NCBI GenBank assembly: GCA_964522605.1
Contig: CAZFWV010000002.1
Coordinates: 6,519 to 70,518 of the forward strand
From: an uncultured Pirellulaceae bacterium
GTDB taxonomy: Bacteria; Planctomycetota; Planctomycetia; Pirellulales; Pirellulaceae
DNA: 64,000 nt
Direction: 5' to 3'
The notes below the pieces were generated by a model. It saw only the letters and a list, made by a program, of their open reading frames with translations, did not search any database and had not been told where the DNA came from. The position numbers and the translations under genes are program-made. Shown in pieces: positions 44,441-54,194 of the stretch. Each line of letters opens with the position of its first letter. Positions within the stretch are counted from its first letter, which is position 1.

Positions 44441-44620
44441 CTAACAGGATTTGTGGCGATTCGTTTAACCCGCAGCCGTCAGGCAAGGTCCGATGAGCGC
44501 AGGCTCACGCCGCGCAGGGAGCCGCACGTTTCCGGAGGTTACGGCCAGCGACAACCGGATCCAGAAGCGGTCCTCGCCTGACGGCTGCGGGTTAAACGAA
44601 TCTCCATGAGGAGGGTTTAG
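44441..44620. repeat. Nested palindromic intergenic element B (perfect 27-bp inverted repeat, 44458-44484 / 44576-44602, 91-bp spacer)
   Basis: gattcgtttaacccgcagccgtcaggc and its exact reverse complement. The stem base tcgtttaacc is shared with element C. Both strands translate to GDSFNPQPSG in the ORF track. Confidence 0.8.
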
Positions 44621-44644
44621 TAACCTCTTCCAAGCCATCAACCT

Positions 44645-44722
44645 GTAAACTGCACGATCTGCAGAGGGAGAGTGAATGCTGTTTGTAATCGCTTGCAGGA
44701 CCAACACCCGTAAACTGCACGA
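44645..44722 (+). promoter_or_regulatory. Two perfect 13-bp direct repeats GTAAACTGCACGA (44645-44657 and 44710-44722) upstream of the BNR-protein gene
   Basis: Read directly from the sequence. The repeats are 65 bp apart start to start, and the second lies 29 bp upstream of ATG 44751. Confidence 0.35.
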
Positions 44723-44750
44723 AAAGTGATGATTGGGGGGGAGAAGCCAG

Positions 44751-46805
44751 ATGCATACTGATCCGTCACGAACAATAGGTCTCGTGATTTGCCGAGCTCT
44801 TCCGGCTCTTGCCTTCGTACTCGGGGCAGCTGCCGTGAGGATCGGTTCGTCTGGCGAGTTCACCGACGAAAAGATCATACTGGGGTTTGAGGAGAAGGAA
44901 CTGAGCCAGAACGGCGAGGTTTCAAGGGAAGAGAAACCTGGCCGGGAGAGTTGGTTTTATCTGCTCGAACAGCCGCAAGGGTTTGATTTTGCAGCCCGCT
45001 TTGAATGGCCGGGTGCCACCAATCGGGCATGGACCTGGCGTTGCCGGCGGGGACCACACACCGAAGGCGAAATGGCTCTGAGCACCACGGTCGGGCCGCC
45101 CAATCCGCAAGGAGTGAAGGCTACCTACGAGCAATCAGAATTCCTCTCGTACTACTATCCGAACTTGCGGGACAACTTCGAAGCGTATCGCCTGATGACC
45201 ACTTTTCAATGGTTGGTCAGAGCCGACCCCACGTTGAGAGACTGGTCGCAGTATGATTTGCTGAGGGCAGATGTTCGTTGTGATGCAGCGTCTGTCGAAC
45301 TTCGGCTTGCTCTGGAAGACGATATCCTGGAGCCGCCGGTTACGAGAGTCTACAAAATCCCAAACGGCAGATGGGTGACAATCGAACTTGACCTGAAAGA
45401 GGCCGTCAAGAGCCGAGGGCTGATGCCCGACCGAATTGCCAACTTCTGGCTCTTAGGTCGATCGTCTCGACGAGCCGAGATGTGGATCGACAACATCCGC
45501 ATCGTCAAACGCGGCGTGTCTTCGGAGTACGATCTGATTCAGAGTCAGGCCCCCAGGCCGTACGCTGTTGACCGGCGGACCATTCCTCAAGTGACGGATC
45601 TGCCGTTGGAAATACAGCCGGATCGGACTCCTGTGCAGCTGGCCGAGCCTGTCGTCATTGCGCGCGGTTCGATCGTTCCCTTCGGATGGGTATCTGCCTA
45701 CGACAACAGGTTTTTGTTCGTTGCCTACAGCTTTGCGGATGGGCCAGGTAGTCCCATTGCCAAAGCAGCCTACAGCAAAGATGGCGGCCAGACTTGGCAG
45801 CCGCTGACTCCACCCACTGCGCGGAATCTTGACCACGGCACGGCACGCGGTTGTGCCGTCGACGCAATGGGCGACGGAGTGGCGGTGTCTAGCGGGCCGG
45901 GTTGCGCGGGACTCGGTTGTGCGAATCCTCGGCAACATTTGACCAAGTACACTTTCACCGGAACCGGCTGGCAGGCGGAGCTTCCCACGATTCTCGATGC
46001 GGATATCCGACATTGTGGATCCAATGCGTCCATCGTGCGCCTCGCGCGTGGGCCTTACCGTGGACGACTCTGGGCAAGCTGGGGCCAGATCGGTCGAGCT
46101 CATCGCGTCAATGTGCATGTGAAGTTCTCCGACGATGACGGGCGAACGTGGATACCGTGGGGCCGCGGTGCAGCAATTCCAGGCTCAGAAGCGAGTTCTT
46201 GGTCGGACGGAACCTACAGTTATCCCCAGACCGTGATTACACCCTACAAGGATCACGTCGCTTGCTTCTGGCACCATGTTCGCGACGACCGTGTATCATG
46301 GTCGGTGTACGATGGCTCAAATTGGTCCCCATCGACCGAAGTATCCCCGGTTGCGCTGAATCAAATGGACGGAGCGTATCGGGCAACCATGTCCGCGGTG
46401 ACCAAGGGAGCAGCCGAGGTCTTTTTCACCGCGACCGGCATGGAGACCGTCATGCGTTGGGACGGAAACTCCTGGAACGCCGTCCCGATCCAGTGTGAGG
46501 ACGGTGGAATGCTTTCCCTCGCCGGAGACGTGGTGACTCTCGTCACCGCCGGACAAGCCAATCGACGTTGGAAAGGCATTGACTGGTCACGCCGAACAGT
46601 CCTTCGCTACTATCAGTGTTTGGACACCGGTCGATGGGAAGGCCCCCACGATTTGACCGATGAGTTCGACATCCACGAGTATCGATCGCTTCCCGGATTT
46701 TCCGTTCCACCGTATGCTCCCCCGAACTATGTCCCACTCGTATGGAGCGATTTTGGCGAGGGGACCATTAAGCTCTTAAAGATTCCCGTTAACACAGACA
46801 ACTAA
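44751..46805 (+). CDS. Secreted BNR/Asp-box repeat protein (sialidase-like beta-propeller) with an N-terminal CBM-like domain
   Basis: Asp-boxes YSKDGGQTW and FSDDDGRTW. N-terminal jelly-roll-like module ending ...AEMWIDNIRIV. ATG 44751 follows a purine-rich GGGGGGGAGAAG stretch. Confidence 0.8.
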   Translation: MHTDPSRTIGLVICRALPALAFVLGAAAVRIGSSGEFTDEKIILGFEEKELSQNGEVSREEKPGRESWFYLLEQPQGFDFAARFEWPGATNRAWTWRCRRGPHTEGEMALSTTVGPPNPQGVKATYEQSEFLSYYYPNLRDNFEAYRLMTTFQWLVRADPTLRDWSQYDLLRADVRCDAASVELRLALEDDILEPPVTRVYKIPNGRWVTIELDLKEAVKSRGLMPDRIANFWLLGRSSRRAEMWIDNIRIVKRGVSSEYDLIQSQAPRPYAVDRRTIPQVTDLPLEIQPDRTPVQLAEPVVIARGSIVPFGWVSAYDNRFLFVAYSFADGPGSPIAKAAYSKDGGQTWQPLTPPTARNLDHGTARGCAVDAMGDGVAVSSGPGCAGLGCANPRQHLTKYTFTGTGWQAELPTILDADIRHCGSNASIVRLARGPYRGRLWASWGQIGRAHRVNVHVKFSDDDGRTWIPWGRGAAIPGSEASSWSDGTYSYPQTVITPYKDHVACFWHHVRDDRVSWSVYDGSNWSPSTEVSPVALNQMDGAYRATMSAVTKGAAEVFFTATGMETVMRWDGNSWNAVPIQCEDGGMLSLAGDVVTLVTAGQANRRWKGIDWSRRTVLRYYQCLDTGRWEGPHDLTDEFDIHEYRSLPGFSVPPYAPPNYVPLVWSDFGEGTIKLLKIPVNTDN

Positions 46806-46926
46806 GCAGTGTCTTCTGAGTTCCTGACTTCAGAGCAACACCGGTATCGAAACGAACAAATGTTCGAGGGTCGGCTTGCTGGCAAGGCGAATTCTCGACG
46901 TCATCACTCGAGTGGAAGGCAGAACC

Positions 46927-48195
46927 ATGAATGATCGATGCGATCGCAGGGATTTTGTGAAAACCGGGATGGCCGCAGGAGCCGCTTGGGCCATGCGACA
47001 GACCGGCCTCGCCGCAGAAGATTCCAAAGGGCAGGCCCAGCCGATTGGAGACGTCCGCGTCGGGATGGTGGGCATCGGCAACCGCGGAACGTTTCTGCTG
47101 AGACTGCTGCTTGAGCAAGAAGGAGTTACCGTCAAGGCGGTCTGCGATCTGATTCCCGAGCGCGTTGCGAAGGCTCAGGAAATCGTCACAGCAGCCAATC
47201 AACCCGAGCCGACCGGTTACTCGCGCGGTGAGACAGACTTTGTGCGCCTCTGTGAGACCGAGGAACTGGACCTGGTGGTCAACGCAACACGGCCCTGGAA
47301 ATGGCATGTGCCCATCTCGGTCGCTGCGATGACGACCGGAAAACATGCGGCTACCGAAGTTCCGGCGGCTGAAACGATCGAGGGATGCTGGGAATTGGTC
47401 GAGACGAGCGAAAAGACGGGGAAGTATTGCGTCATGCTGGAGAATTGTTGCTACTTCCGCGAGGTAATGCTGGTCCATAACATGTTGCGAAAAGGTCTGT
47501 TCGGCGAACTGCGACACTGCGAAGCGGGTTATCAGCACTACTTGCGCAGTGCGCGTCCGGGAGCACCACAGAGCTCCAGAACGGGAGACGTCTGGACGGC
47601 CAACAGCTATCCGACGCATCCCATCGGACCAGTCGCCCAATGGATGGATATCAATCGCGGCAACCGCTTCGATTATCTCGTCTCGATGAGCGCGGACGGG
47701 ACACGCAGTAACCCAAGCGCCGATATCAATACGAGCCTGATCCGCACCGTGAACGGTCAGACGATTACTCTTTACTTCGACACCAAGCTGCCACGGCCCT
47801 ACGATTTGATCTATCGCGTACAGGGTACAGAGGGCATCTGCATGGCTTCCACGGACAAGATCTACATCGAGGGTCGTAGCCCCAAACCCGACACTTGGGA
47901 ATCGATGGACGCATATTATGAGGAATTTGAGCATCCGCTTTGGAAGGACTTGGGAGAGGCAGCGTCCAGGCACGGAGGGCACGGGGGCGGCGATTGGATG
48001 GAGATCCATCGTGTGATCCGTGCGCTTCAAACCGGCGCACCGCCCGATATGGATGTCTATGATGCGGCCGCCTGGAGCTGTATCACCGAGTTGAGTGAAA
48101 AGTCGGTAGCCGACCGGAGCCGCCCGATGGACTTTCCCGATTTCACACGCGGTCGCTGGCAGACAAATCCGCCGATCGGGATCATTCGATCGTAA
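46927..48195 (+). CDS. Tat-exported Gfo/Idh/MocA-family NAD-dependent oxidoreductase, GH109-like
   Basis: Twin-arginine signal CDRRDFVKTGMAAGAAWA, Rossmann VRVGMVGIGNRG, and CVMLENCCYF, which resembles the GH109 / Gfo-type glycosidase family as I recall it. Confidence 0.85.
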   Translation: MNDRCDRRDFVKTGMAAGAAWAMRQTGLAAEDSKGQAQPIGDVRVGMVGIGNRGTFLLRLLLEQEGVTVKAVCDLIPERVAKAQEIVTAANQPEPTGYSRGETDFVRLCETEELDLVVNATRPWKWHVPISVAAMTTGKHAATEVPAAETIEGCWELVETSEKTGKYCVMLENCCYFREVMLVHNMLRKGLFGELRHCEAGYQHYLRSARPGAPQSSRTGDVWTANSYPTHPIGPVAQWMDINRGNRFDYLVSMSADGTRSNPSADINTSLIRTVNGQTITLYFDTKLPRPYDLIYRVQGTEGICMASTDKIYIEGRSPKPDTWESMDAYYEEFEHPLWKDLGEAASRHGGHGGGDWMEIHRVIRALQTGAPPDMDVYDAAAWSCITELSEKSVADRSRPMDFPDFTRGRWQTNPPIGIIRS

Positions 48196-48616
48196 CGGCC
48201 TCGAAATTGCCATCACGCCACCTCAATGCATCGAAGTACTGGTCGGTGGAAAGATCAAATTCGGTGAAGGGAGCTTTGTGACCGGTTCTGGTCCTACGTG
48301 CGCAATCCCGGCAGTCGCCGCTGAGTCTCTTGCGATGGACATACCTTTTGATACCACTGGAGACGGCGACTTACGGGGCAGAAACCGTACGGTTTCGACT
48401 GGTCGATGACAACGCCGGTGTGACTTGCGCCTGGCTTGGCTTGCGAGGAGTATCATTGATCGCGCCCGCCGAAGTCAAAAAGTGATTGGCCCGACGGTAC
48501 TCAACCGCTCGACATGACTGGAAGAATCCAGACATGGACTCGGATGCTCCGCTGTAGGTCGCCTAACGCCGGTCAGAAATGAACGTTTGGCGCCGTTCCA
48601 TCCTCCCAAATGAAAG

Positions 48617-51502
48617 TCACTCCGTGGCGTCCTGCGATGCCTTCGGAACACGACCCAGGGAAGGTGGAGCCCTCTCGATCAGCACGGCCCAGTCCGTTCC
48701 AGCCTCGCGAGGCGGCTTCCCCAGGGGAATTGGCGCTGCGCCGGTCACATGGACGGGAGAGCCTTCGAACTCGCCGGTTCGCGGGTTGTACCACCTCTGT
48801 TGGAAGCGCCCCGCAACGCGGGACAAGTCAAGAGCTGCTCCATCTTGTGCCTGCGGCAGATAGATTGCGTAGATCGCGCCCGGTTTGCTGAAGACTTGAG
48901 CGCCCAGGGAATAGGTCTTTTGACCGCGGTTCTGCGTTACGGAAATCGTGGGCGCCCCCGTGACCAGTTGGTCGACGGGTTCCATTTCCCAGAACGGCAA
49001 CGCTTCCAAAAACCGCCGTGCATGCCCCACGTAGATCCATAGCTTCTCACGCTCAGGCGTCTTAAAACTGTCGGTTTCCAGCAGATCGCCGAGAATGAAT
49101 TCGATGTTTCCACCGGACAGGTAGGTGGGCCAAAGTTTCTCTACGCGCCAGCGATTGGCGTCGTCGACCGGTATGTACGCTTGCTCCTGGCCTGCGTCCA
49201 GCGTGAATTCATCCATTGAGATCGGCAAGGGCCGTCCGGCTTGGGCAGTGGCTTCACGAAATTGTTCCGTCAGTACATCAATTCGGTTCTGCCCAAGCTG
49301 GATCGACGTGAGGCTGAATAGCGGATCGCCGAATGTGAACTGAAGCGCTTTGAGCGGATCGCCAGCCGAGTGAACGGTGATCGGATGGTCATACGGATCT
49401 ACCGCCTTGACGTACGCGGCAAAACGACGAACTCGATCGGGACCAAGGTCGAAGCCCAGGTTGTACTCTTCGCACAGGTTCCATTCGAGCGCCAAATGAT
49501 GTCCAAAGCGAGCGATCAATTCGCGGTAGTACAACTTCCGTTCCGTGCCCAACTCGCCGTCGTCCAATTCTCGTTTGTTAGGCTCTTCGGCTTCATTGAA
49601 TACGAAATGAAGGAAGATCCCCTGGCGCTGAGCGTGCGCGAAAAGTGTCTCCCATTGGCGCAGCTTGCCAATGTCGTAGTGGAGGTTGTCGTTCGTCGGG
49701 CTGCCATCGGGATCGGGCTGCCCGGTCCAGGGCCAGACGTCTTTGCCGTCGCCACCGATGTTGTGTGTGAGGAAATAGATGCTGTTGACTTCGTGTTCAG
49801 CAAGATAGTTGACGGCGCCGATGATGCCGCGCCCGCTTCCATCGCCCCAATCTGGGTCGCCCGGCCGCCAATCGGCGACATGATCCTCGTACCGGTGGCT
49901 AGGGCGTGTGCGGTCGAATCCCGCGTAGGCGAGAAAGTTCTCGGGGCTGTCTGTGCCGCCGCGAATCCAGTACGGGCCGCGGACGAATTTCAGGTAGTGT
50001 CCGCCGGCATACTCTAGCCGGCCCCACTTCAGGAAGCCAGACGCCTCTGGATCGTCGGGAGCCACATCGAGATCGCCGCAGGCTCCATCGAAGCCAGCGG
50101 GCTGGCCCGCCGCCGGATCTAGCGAGACAGCAAGTTCCTCTCCGGTGCGGAATGACGCCTGATACGACCAGCGCCCCGCTTCGTCCGGCGAGAATCGCGC
50201 GCACCACACGTTACCCGAGCCGCCACCGCATCCATCACCGTCAAAGTAACCTGGAACGTCGTACTGCTGTCCGGACGGGCCGGTGAAAGCAACTTGCAAC
50301 CGATAATCCAAAAACGGATTCGGCTGGTCATCGGTTTCCGTCGCTGCGGGCCCACGAAACCGAACTGTGACGGGATGCCAGACTCGGAGTTTTCCATCAA
50401 CCACCGGGTCGAGAATCGCCTCTCCGATCATTCTGAGGAATGTGTTGTATTCGGCCGAAGTGATTTTGTCTTCTTGTTCGTCCAACCCGAGCCGCACAAG
50501 GACCATGTTCCAGGCGGGAATGACGAACAAGTCGTTGTTGTTGTAGCCGCTGCGCGCATACGTAGTCAGTGGCGCATCGGGCCAGTGCCGCTGGCCTTCC
50601 GGCGTGATCCCGTTGGGCCACCAATGATAACCGTAGATGCCTGAACCTTTGCGGGAGCTGGCCGGCAGCGCGTTGGGAATCGAAGGAGGAACCTGCACGC
50701 AGGTGGCCTGGTCGACCCAGTCTGCGTTGATCAGTTGCCGACCATCCCAGGCGCCTCGGTTCAGAAAAAGCAAGCCGAACCGTGCCAGGTCCTCGGCAGA
50801 GATCTCGATGCCTCCTGTCCAATTCAAGACCTTGTCCGTCGAGTCCCGCTTCCAGTTGAACTGCGTAATGCCGATTGGGTCGAGGACTCTTCGTTTCAGG
50901 TAGTCGTGCAGAGATTCTCCGGCGATTTGCGTCAACGCATACCCGTAGTGCTGAGTCGCCTCGTCCCAGTACATGTATTTCGTCCCTGGTGGAAAAAACG
51001 GCGGCAGCGGCTCGACCAGAGCATTCTGATCTCCTCGCTGCTGGTCGTCGAAGTCATAACTGCCTCCGACACCGTCGAGGCCGGACGTCATCGTTGCGAA
51101 ATCACGCAGCGTAGCGGTGGGATAAAACTCCGCTAGCGCTGGATCGAACTCTTTGGCCAGTGTGTCCAGCGAGCATCTTCCATCTTCGATCAACAACCCG
51201 TGCGCGGTGCTCGTGAATGCCTTCGTCACAGACCAAACGCCCTGCGGCTTGTCCGCTTCCGACCCCCGCCAAATGATCCGTCCGTTGCGCACGATGACCA
51301 AGCGTTTGACGCCGTCCTTGCCAGCGGCTTCACGCAAATACTCGATTGCCGCTTGCAGCTTCTCGGAGTCGACGCTCTGCAATTCGGGTGGCGTTTGCTC
51401 CCAGGTTGCACCGGGAAAGACACAGCCGTTCGCTCCCTTTACCGGACTGACCGCGGTTGCGAGAAGTAGCAGGCACAAAAGAACCACTCTGTGAATAGCC
51501 AT
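48617..51502 (-). CDS. Secreted fusion protein: beta-lactamase-family serine hydrolase + DUF5060-like Ig domain + clan-A (GH5-like) TIM barrel + C-terminal beta-sandwich
   Basis: It has a signal peptide. S-x-x-K is at WSVTKAFTS. The DUF5060-like part reads LRVWHPVTVRFRGP...NPFLDYRLQVAFTGPSG. The TIM-barrel-like part reads GIFLHFVFNEAEE...LEWNLCEEYN. Confidence 0.8.
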   Translation of the reverse strand: MAIHRVVLLCLLLLATAVSPVKGANGCVFPGATWEQTPPELQSVDSEKLQAAIEYLREAAGKDGVKRLVIVRNGRIIWRGSEADKPQGVWSVTKAFTSTAHGLLIEDGRCSLDTLAKEFDPALAEFYPTATLRDFATMTSGLDGVGGSYDFDDQQRGDQNALVEPLPPFFPPGTKYMYWDEATQHYGYALTQIAGESLHDYLKRRVLDPIGITQFNWKRDSTDKVLNWTGGIEISAEDLARFGLLFLNRGAWDGRQLINADWVDQATCVQVPPSIPNALPASSRKGSGIYGYHWWPNGITPEGQRHWPDAPLTTYARSGYNNNDLFVIPAWNMVLVRLGLDEQEDKITSAEYNTFLRMIGEAILDPVVDGKLRVWHPVTVRFRGPAATETDDQPNPFLDYRLQVAFTGPSGQQYDVPGYFDGDGCGGGSGNVWCARFSPDEAGRWSYQASFRTGEELAVSLDPAAGQPAGFDGACGDLDVAPDDPEASGFLKWGRLEYAGGHYLKFVRGPYWIRGGTDSPENFLAYAGFDRTRPSHRYEDHVADWRPGDPDWGDGSGRGIIGAVNYLAEHEVNSIYFLTHNIGGDGKDVWPWTGQPDPDGSPTNDNLHYDIGKLRQWETLFAHAQRQGIFLHFVFNEAEEPNKRELDDGELGTERKLYYRELIARFGHHLALEWNLCEEYNLGFDLGPDRVRRFAAYVKAVDPYDHPITVHSAGDPLKALQFTFGDPLFSLTSIQLGQNRIDVLTEQFREATAQAGRPLPISMDEFTLDAGQEQAYIPVDDANRWRVEKLWPTYLSGGNIEFILGDLLETDSFKTPEREKLWIYVGHARRFLEALPFWEMEPVDQLVTGAPTISVTQNRGQKTYSLGAQVFSKPGAIYAIYLPQAQDGAALDLSRVAGRFQQRWYNPRTGEFEGSPVHVTGAAPIPLGKPPREAGTDWAVLIERAPPSLGRVPKASQDATE

Positions 51503-51966
51503 GTTTGCGCGATCTCCTCAGCAGCATTCCATCGCCTCGGCCGACAGCGAAGCTATGACTCATGGTGACCTTCGACAGTCTGCTGCGATTCCGAGGTCTC
51601 CGGGGCTGTCCCTTGATACGTTTACGAAGGCCGAATTTCGCCCACATGATAACACACACGGAGTCCTTAATGAGCCGTGCGGTGCTGGGACACTAGTGCT
51701 TTGTCACCACGGAGAATCAGGGTTGTTTAGCACTTGTACGACGGACTGGGGATCCGTCCATTGTCGACCGCAACGGTCGTTACTACATTACGGCCAGACT
51801 TCATTGCATGTGCAACTTGGTGGGATATCCCGGGACGGATTGCCAATCCGTCCTACTTTTTCTGCAACTGGTGAGACAAGCCAATGGCAATTTGCGGATG
51901 AAAGGGCGAGAATGGCGGGAGACTCGTGATGTCCGCAGTCATCTATGCGATGAGGTCCACGAATTG

Positions 51967-53988
51967 ATGAAATACCCGCTCTTCTATCTGTGGCTTACGT
52001 TGACATGTTCGGTCTATTTGGCTCCCAGGGCATTCAGTCAGTCGGTCTCTGCCGATCGGAACTGGGCGGCGTTGCACACCGTGGAGCGGCGTGTTGTCAG
52101 TTCCCGAGATCATGAGGGAAACGTCTTTCAACTGGGCGAGCGTGTCTCCGTGCCGATTCCCGAGGGAATCGAGAATGTCCGCCAGTGGCGCGTTGCGGAC
52201 GAAATGGAACGGGAAATTGGACGCGGAGAGCTGGGGGATGCCGAGAGCAATCGGGTGGAACTCGGTGATTTGCCGGTGGGCTGGTATTGGATCGGGCTGT
52301 TCGGCGCGTCGGGAGAGGAACTTGGCTGGACGACGGCCGCCGTGCTCGCGCCTCAGTCGGTGCCAACGCCGCAGGATTCCCCGATCTGTGTCGACTCGGC
52401 GGTAGCCTGGTTTGCAGAAAACGATCCGGTCAAGCAAGAACAACTTACGCGGTTGGCAGCTTTGGCCGGTGTGAACTGGGTGCGCGATCGGATGCGGTGG
52501 CGCGACGTACAACCGTCCGAGGGAGAACTGGTCGTCGACACCACGTATGACAGCTCGGCAACGATCCAGAATCGTCTTGGATTGAAGGTCTTGCAGGTGT
52601 ACCACGACACGCCCCGTTGGGCCGTGGAGCAAGGCGGTACCACGGGCCGATTCCCCGAAGATCTGCGCCATGTCTTTCGATTTGCGAAGGCGATGGCGCA
52701 GCGTTACAAGGGACGCGTCCAAGCATGGGAACCGTGGAACGAAGCGAACGTGGCGACCTTCGGCGGTCACACGATGGACGAGATCTGTAGCTACCAGAAA
52801 GCGGCCTATCTGGGTTTCAAGGCGGGCGATGCGGAGGTGACCGTCTGCTGGAACGCCACAACGGCCGTTCCGACGGAGCGACAGACAGACGCCTTACTGT
52901 TGAACGAGACGTGGAGCTATTTTGATACATACAACATCCATACCTACGACTGGGCCGACGAGTACGAACGTCTTTGGGCACCCGCGCGTCGAGCAGCTTG
53001 CGGCAAGCCGCTATGGATTACCGAGAGTGACCGCGGAATGAAGTCGGAACCGTCTTCGCCCACCCATGACTTCTCGGCAGTCAACCGGCGACTCAAGGCG
53101 CAGTATGTGACACAGTCTTATGTCAAGAGCCTGCACGCCGGGGCGAATCGCCACTTCCATTTCATCCTGGGACAGTACGGTGAAGGAGAGACTCAGTTTG
53201 GACTCTTGCGGCACGACATGACACCTCAGCCAGGCTATGTGGCGCTGGCTGGGCTTGGGCGGTTTTTGGCCGGGGCTCGTTGTATCGGGCGTCTGAAACC
53301 GTGGGACACGTCCGATGTCCATATCTATGGATTTCGGTCACAGCCCGATGGTGTGACGCGGGATGTCATTGTGGCTTGGACAGAGAGGAACGCGGATTGG
53401 CCTGATCGTGGCAGGGCGAAATGCGACTGGCAGCTGCCGGAAGGACTTCGGGTGGAACGGTGTTTCGATTATCTGGGTCGTGAGATCGCAGTTGGCAATC
53501 CCGTGACGCTAACGTCGAGCCCGATCTTCCTGGTGCTGCCCGAAGGACAATGCGAGGGACTTCCATTGACACGTCAGGACGAGTCGCCTCGGCGCGTCGA
53601 CGCTGCGTGCCCCGTCGTGCTGCAATGTGCCCTGCCAAGGGGGACAGCGACGAATATCGAACGGATCCCCTGGGCCTCGGAGTACGAATACGCCGTGGAA
53701 GCGGGCAGGACGTTTCGGATTCCAATCTACGTGTACAACTTCGGGAGCGAGAGAGTCCGGGGATCGGTGCGTCTGGAAACACTACCCCCCGGATGCGAGG
53801 CGCAGCCGATGGAGTGGAGTGTTGAACTGGAGCCGATGGGACGGGCTGAGTTGGCAATGGAAGTTATGATCGCGAAGGAGCTGACCTTTGAAGCAGAGGA
53901 TACTTGGCTCACGTTGCGCGGCGGCTTCGAGGCGGGCATTCGGCCCGTATTGGCTTTTCGTTTGGCAGCAAAGAAAGCCGGAAGATGA
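51967..53988 (+). CDS. Secreted glycoside hydrolase, clan GH-A TIM barrel (GH5/GH39-like)
   Basis: ATG 51967 gives the signal peptide MKYPLFYLWLTLTCSVYLAPRAFSQS. There is an acid/base NE motif in VQAWEPWNEANV and a candidate nucleophile context in KPLWITESD. Confidence 0.75.
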   Translation: MKYPLFYLWLTLTCSVYLAPRAFSQSVSADRNWAALHTVERRVVSSRDHEGNVFQLGERVSVPIPEGIENVRQWRVADEMEREIGRGELGDAESNRVELGDLPVGWYWIGLFGASGEELGWTTAAVLAPQSVPTPQDSPICVDSAVAWFAENDPVKQEQLTRLAALAGVNWVRDRMRWRDVQPSEGELVVDTTYDSSATIQNRLGLKVLQVYHDTPRWAVEQGGTTGRFPEDLRHVFRFAKAMAQRYKGRVQAWEPWNEANVATFGGHTMDEICSYQKAAYLGFKAGDAEVTVCWNATTAVPTERQTDALLLNETWSYFDTYNIHTYDWADEYERLWAPARRAACGKPLWITESDRGMKSEPSSPTHDFSAVNRRLKAQYVTQSYVKSLHAGANRHFHFILGQYGEGETQFGLLRHDMTPQPGYVALAGLGRFLAGARCIGRLKPWDTSDVHIYGFRSQPDGVTRDVIVAWTERNADWPDRGRAKCDWQLPEGLRVERCFDYLGREIAVGNPVTLTSSPIFLVLPEGQCEGLPLTRQDESPRRVDAACPVVLQCALPRGTATNIERIPWASEYEYAVEAGRTFRIPIYVYNFGSERVRGSVRLETLPPGCEAQPMEWSVELEPMGRAELAMEVMIAKELTFEAEDTWLTLRGGFEAGIRPVLAFRLAAKKAGR

Positions 53989-54194
53989 TGAGGTGTTCGC
54001 ACAACTTGAAGAAGCGGGAGACCGAAGCAATCAGGCCACGCTGTCGACAACGGGCGAATGAGAGCGCAGAATGTCTCGACAGACAGCCCGGTTGAACCTA
54101 CGCAAGCCCGGCATCGGCCTCAATACAATCCGTTGTACGGTGCCGCTGAGTTCACAGCGACAATACTGCATAATGTCAAGATCGAGGACTAATC

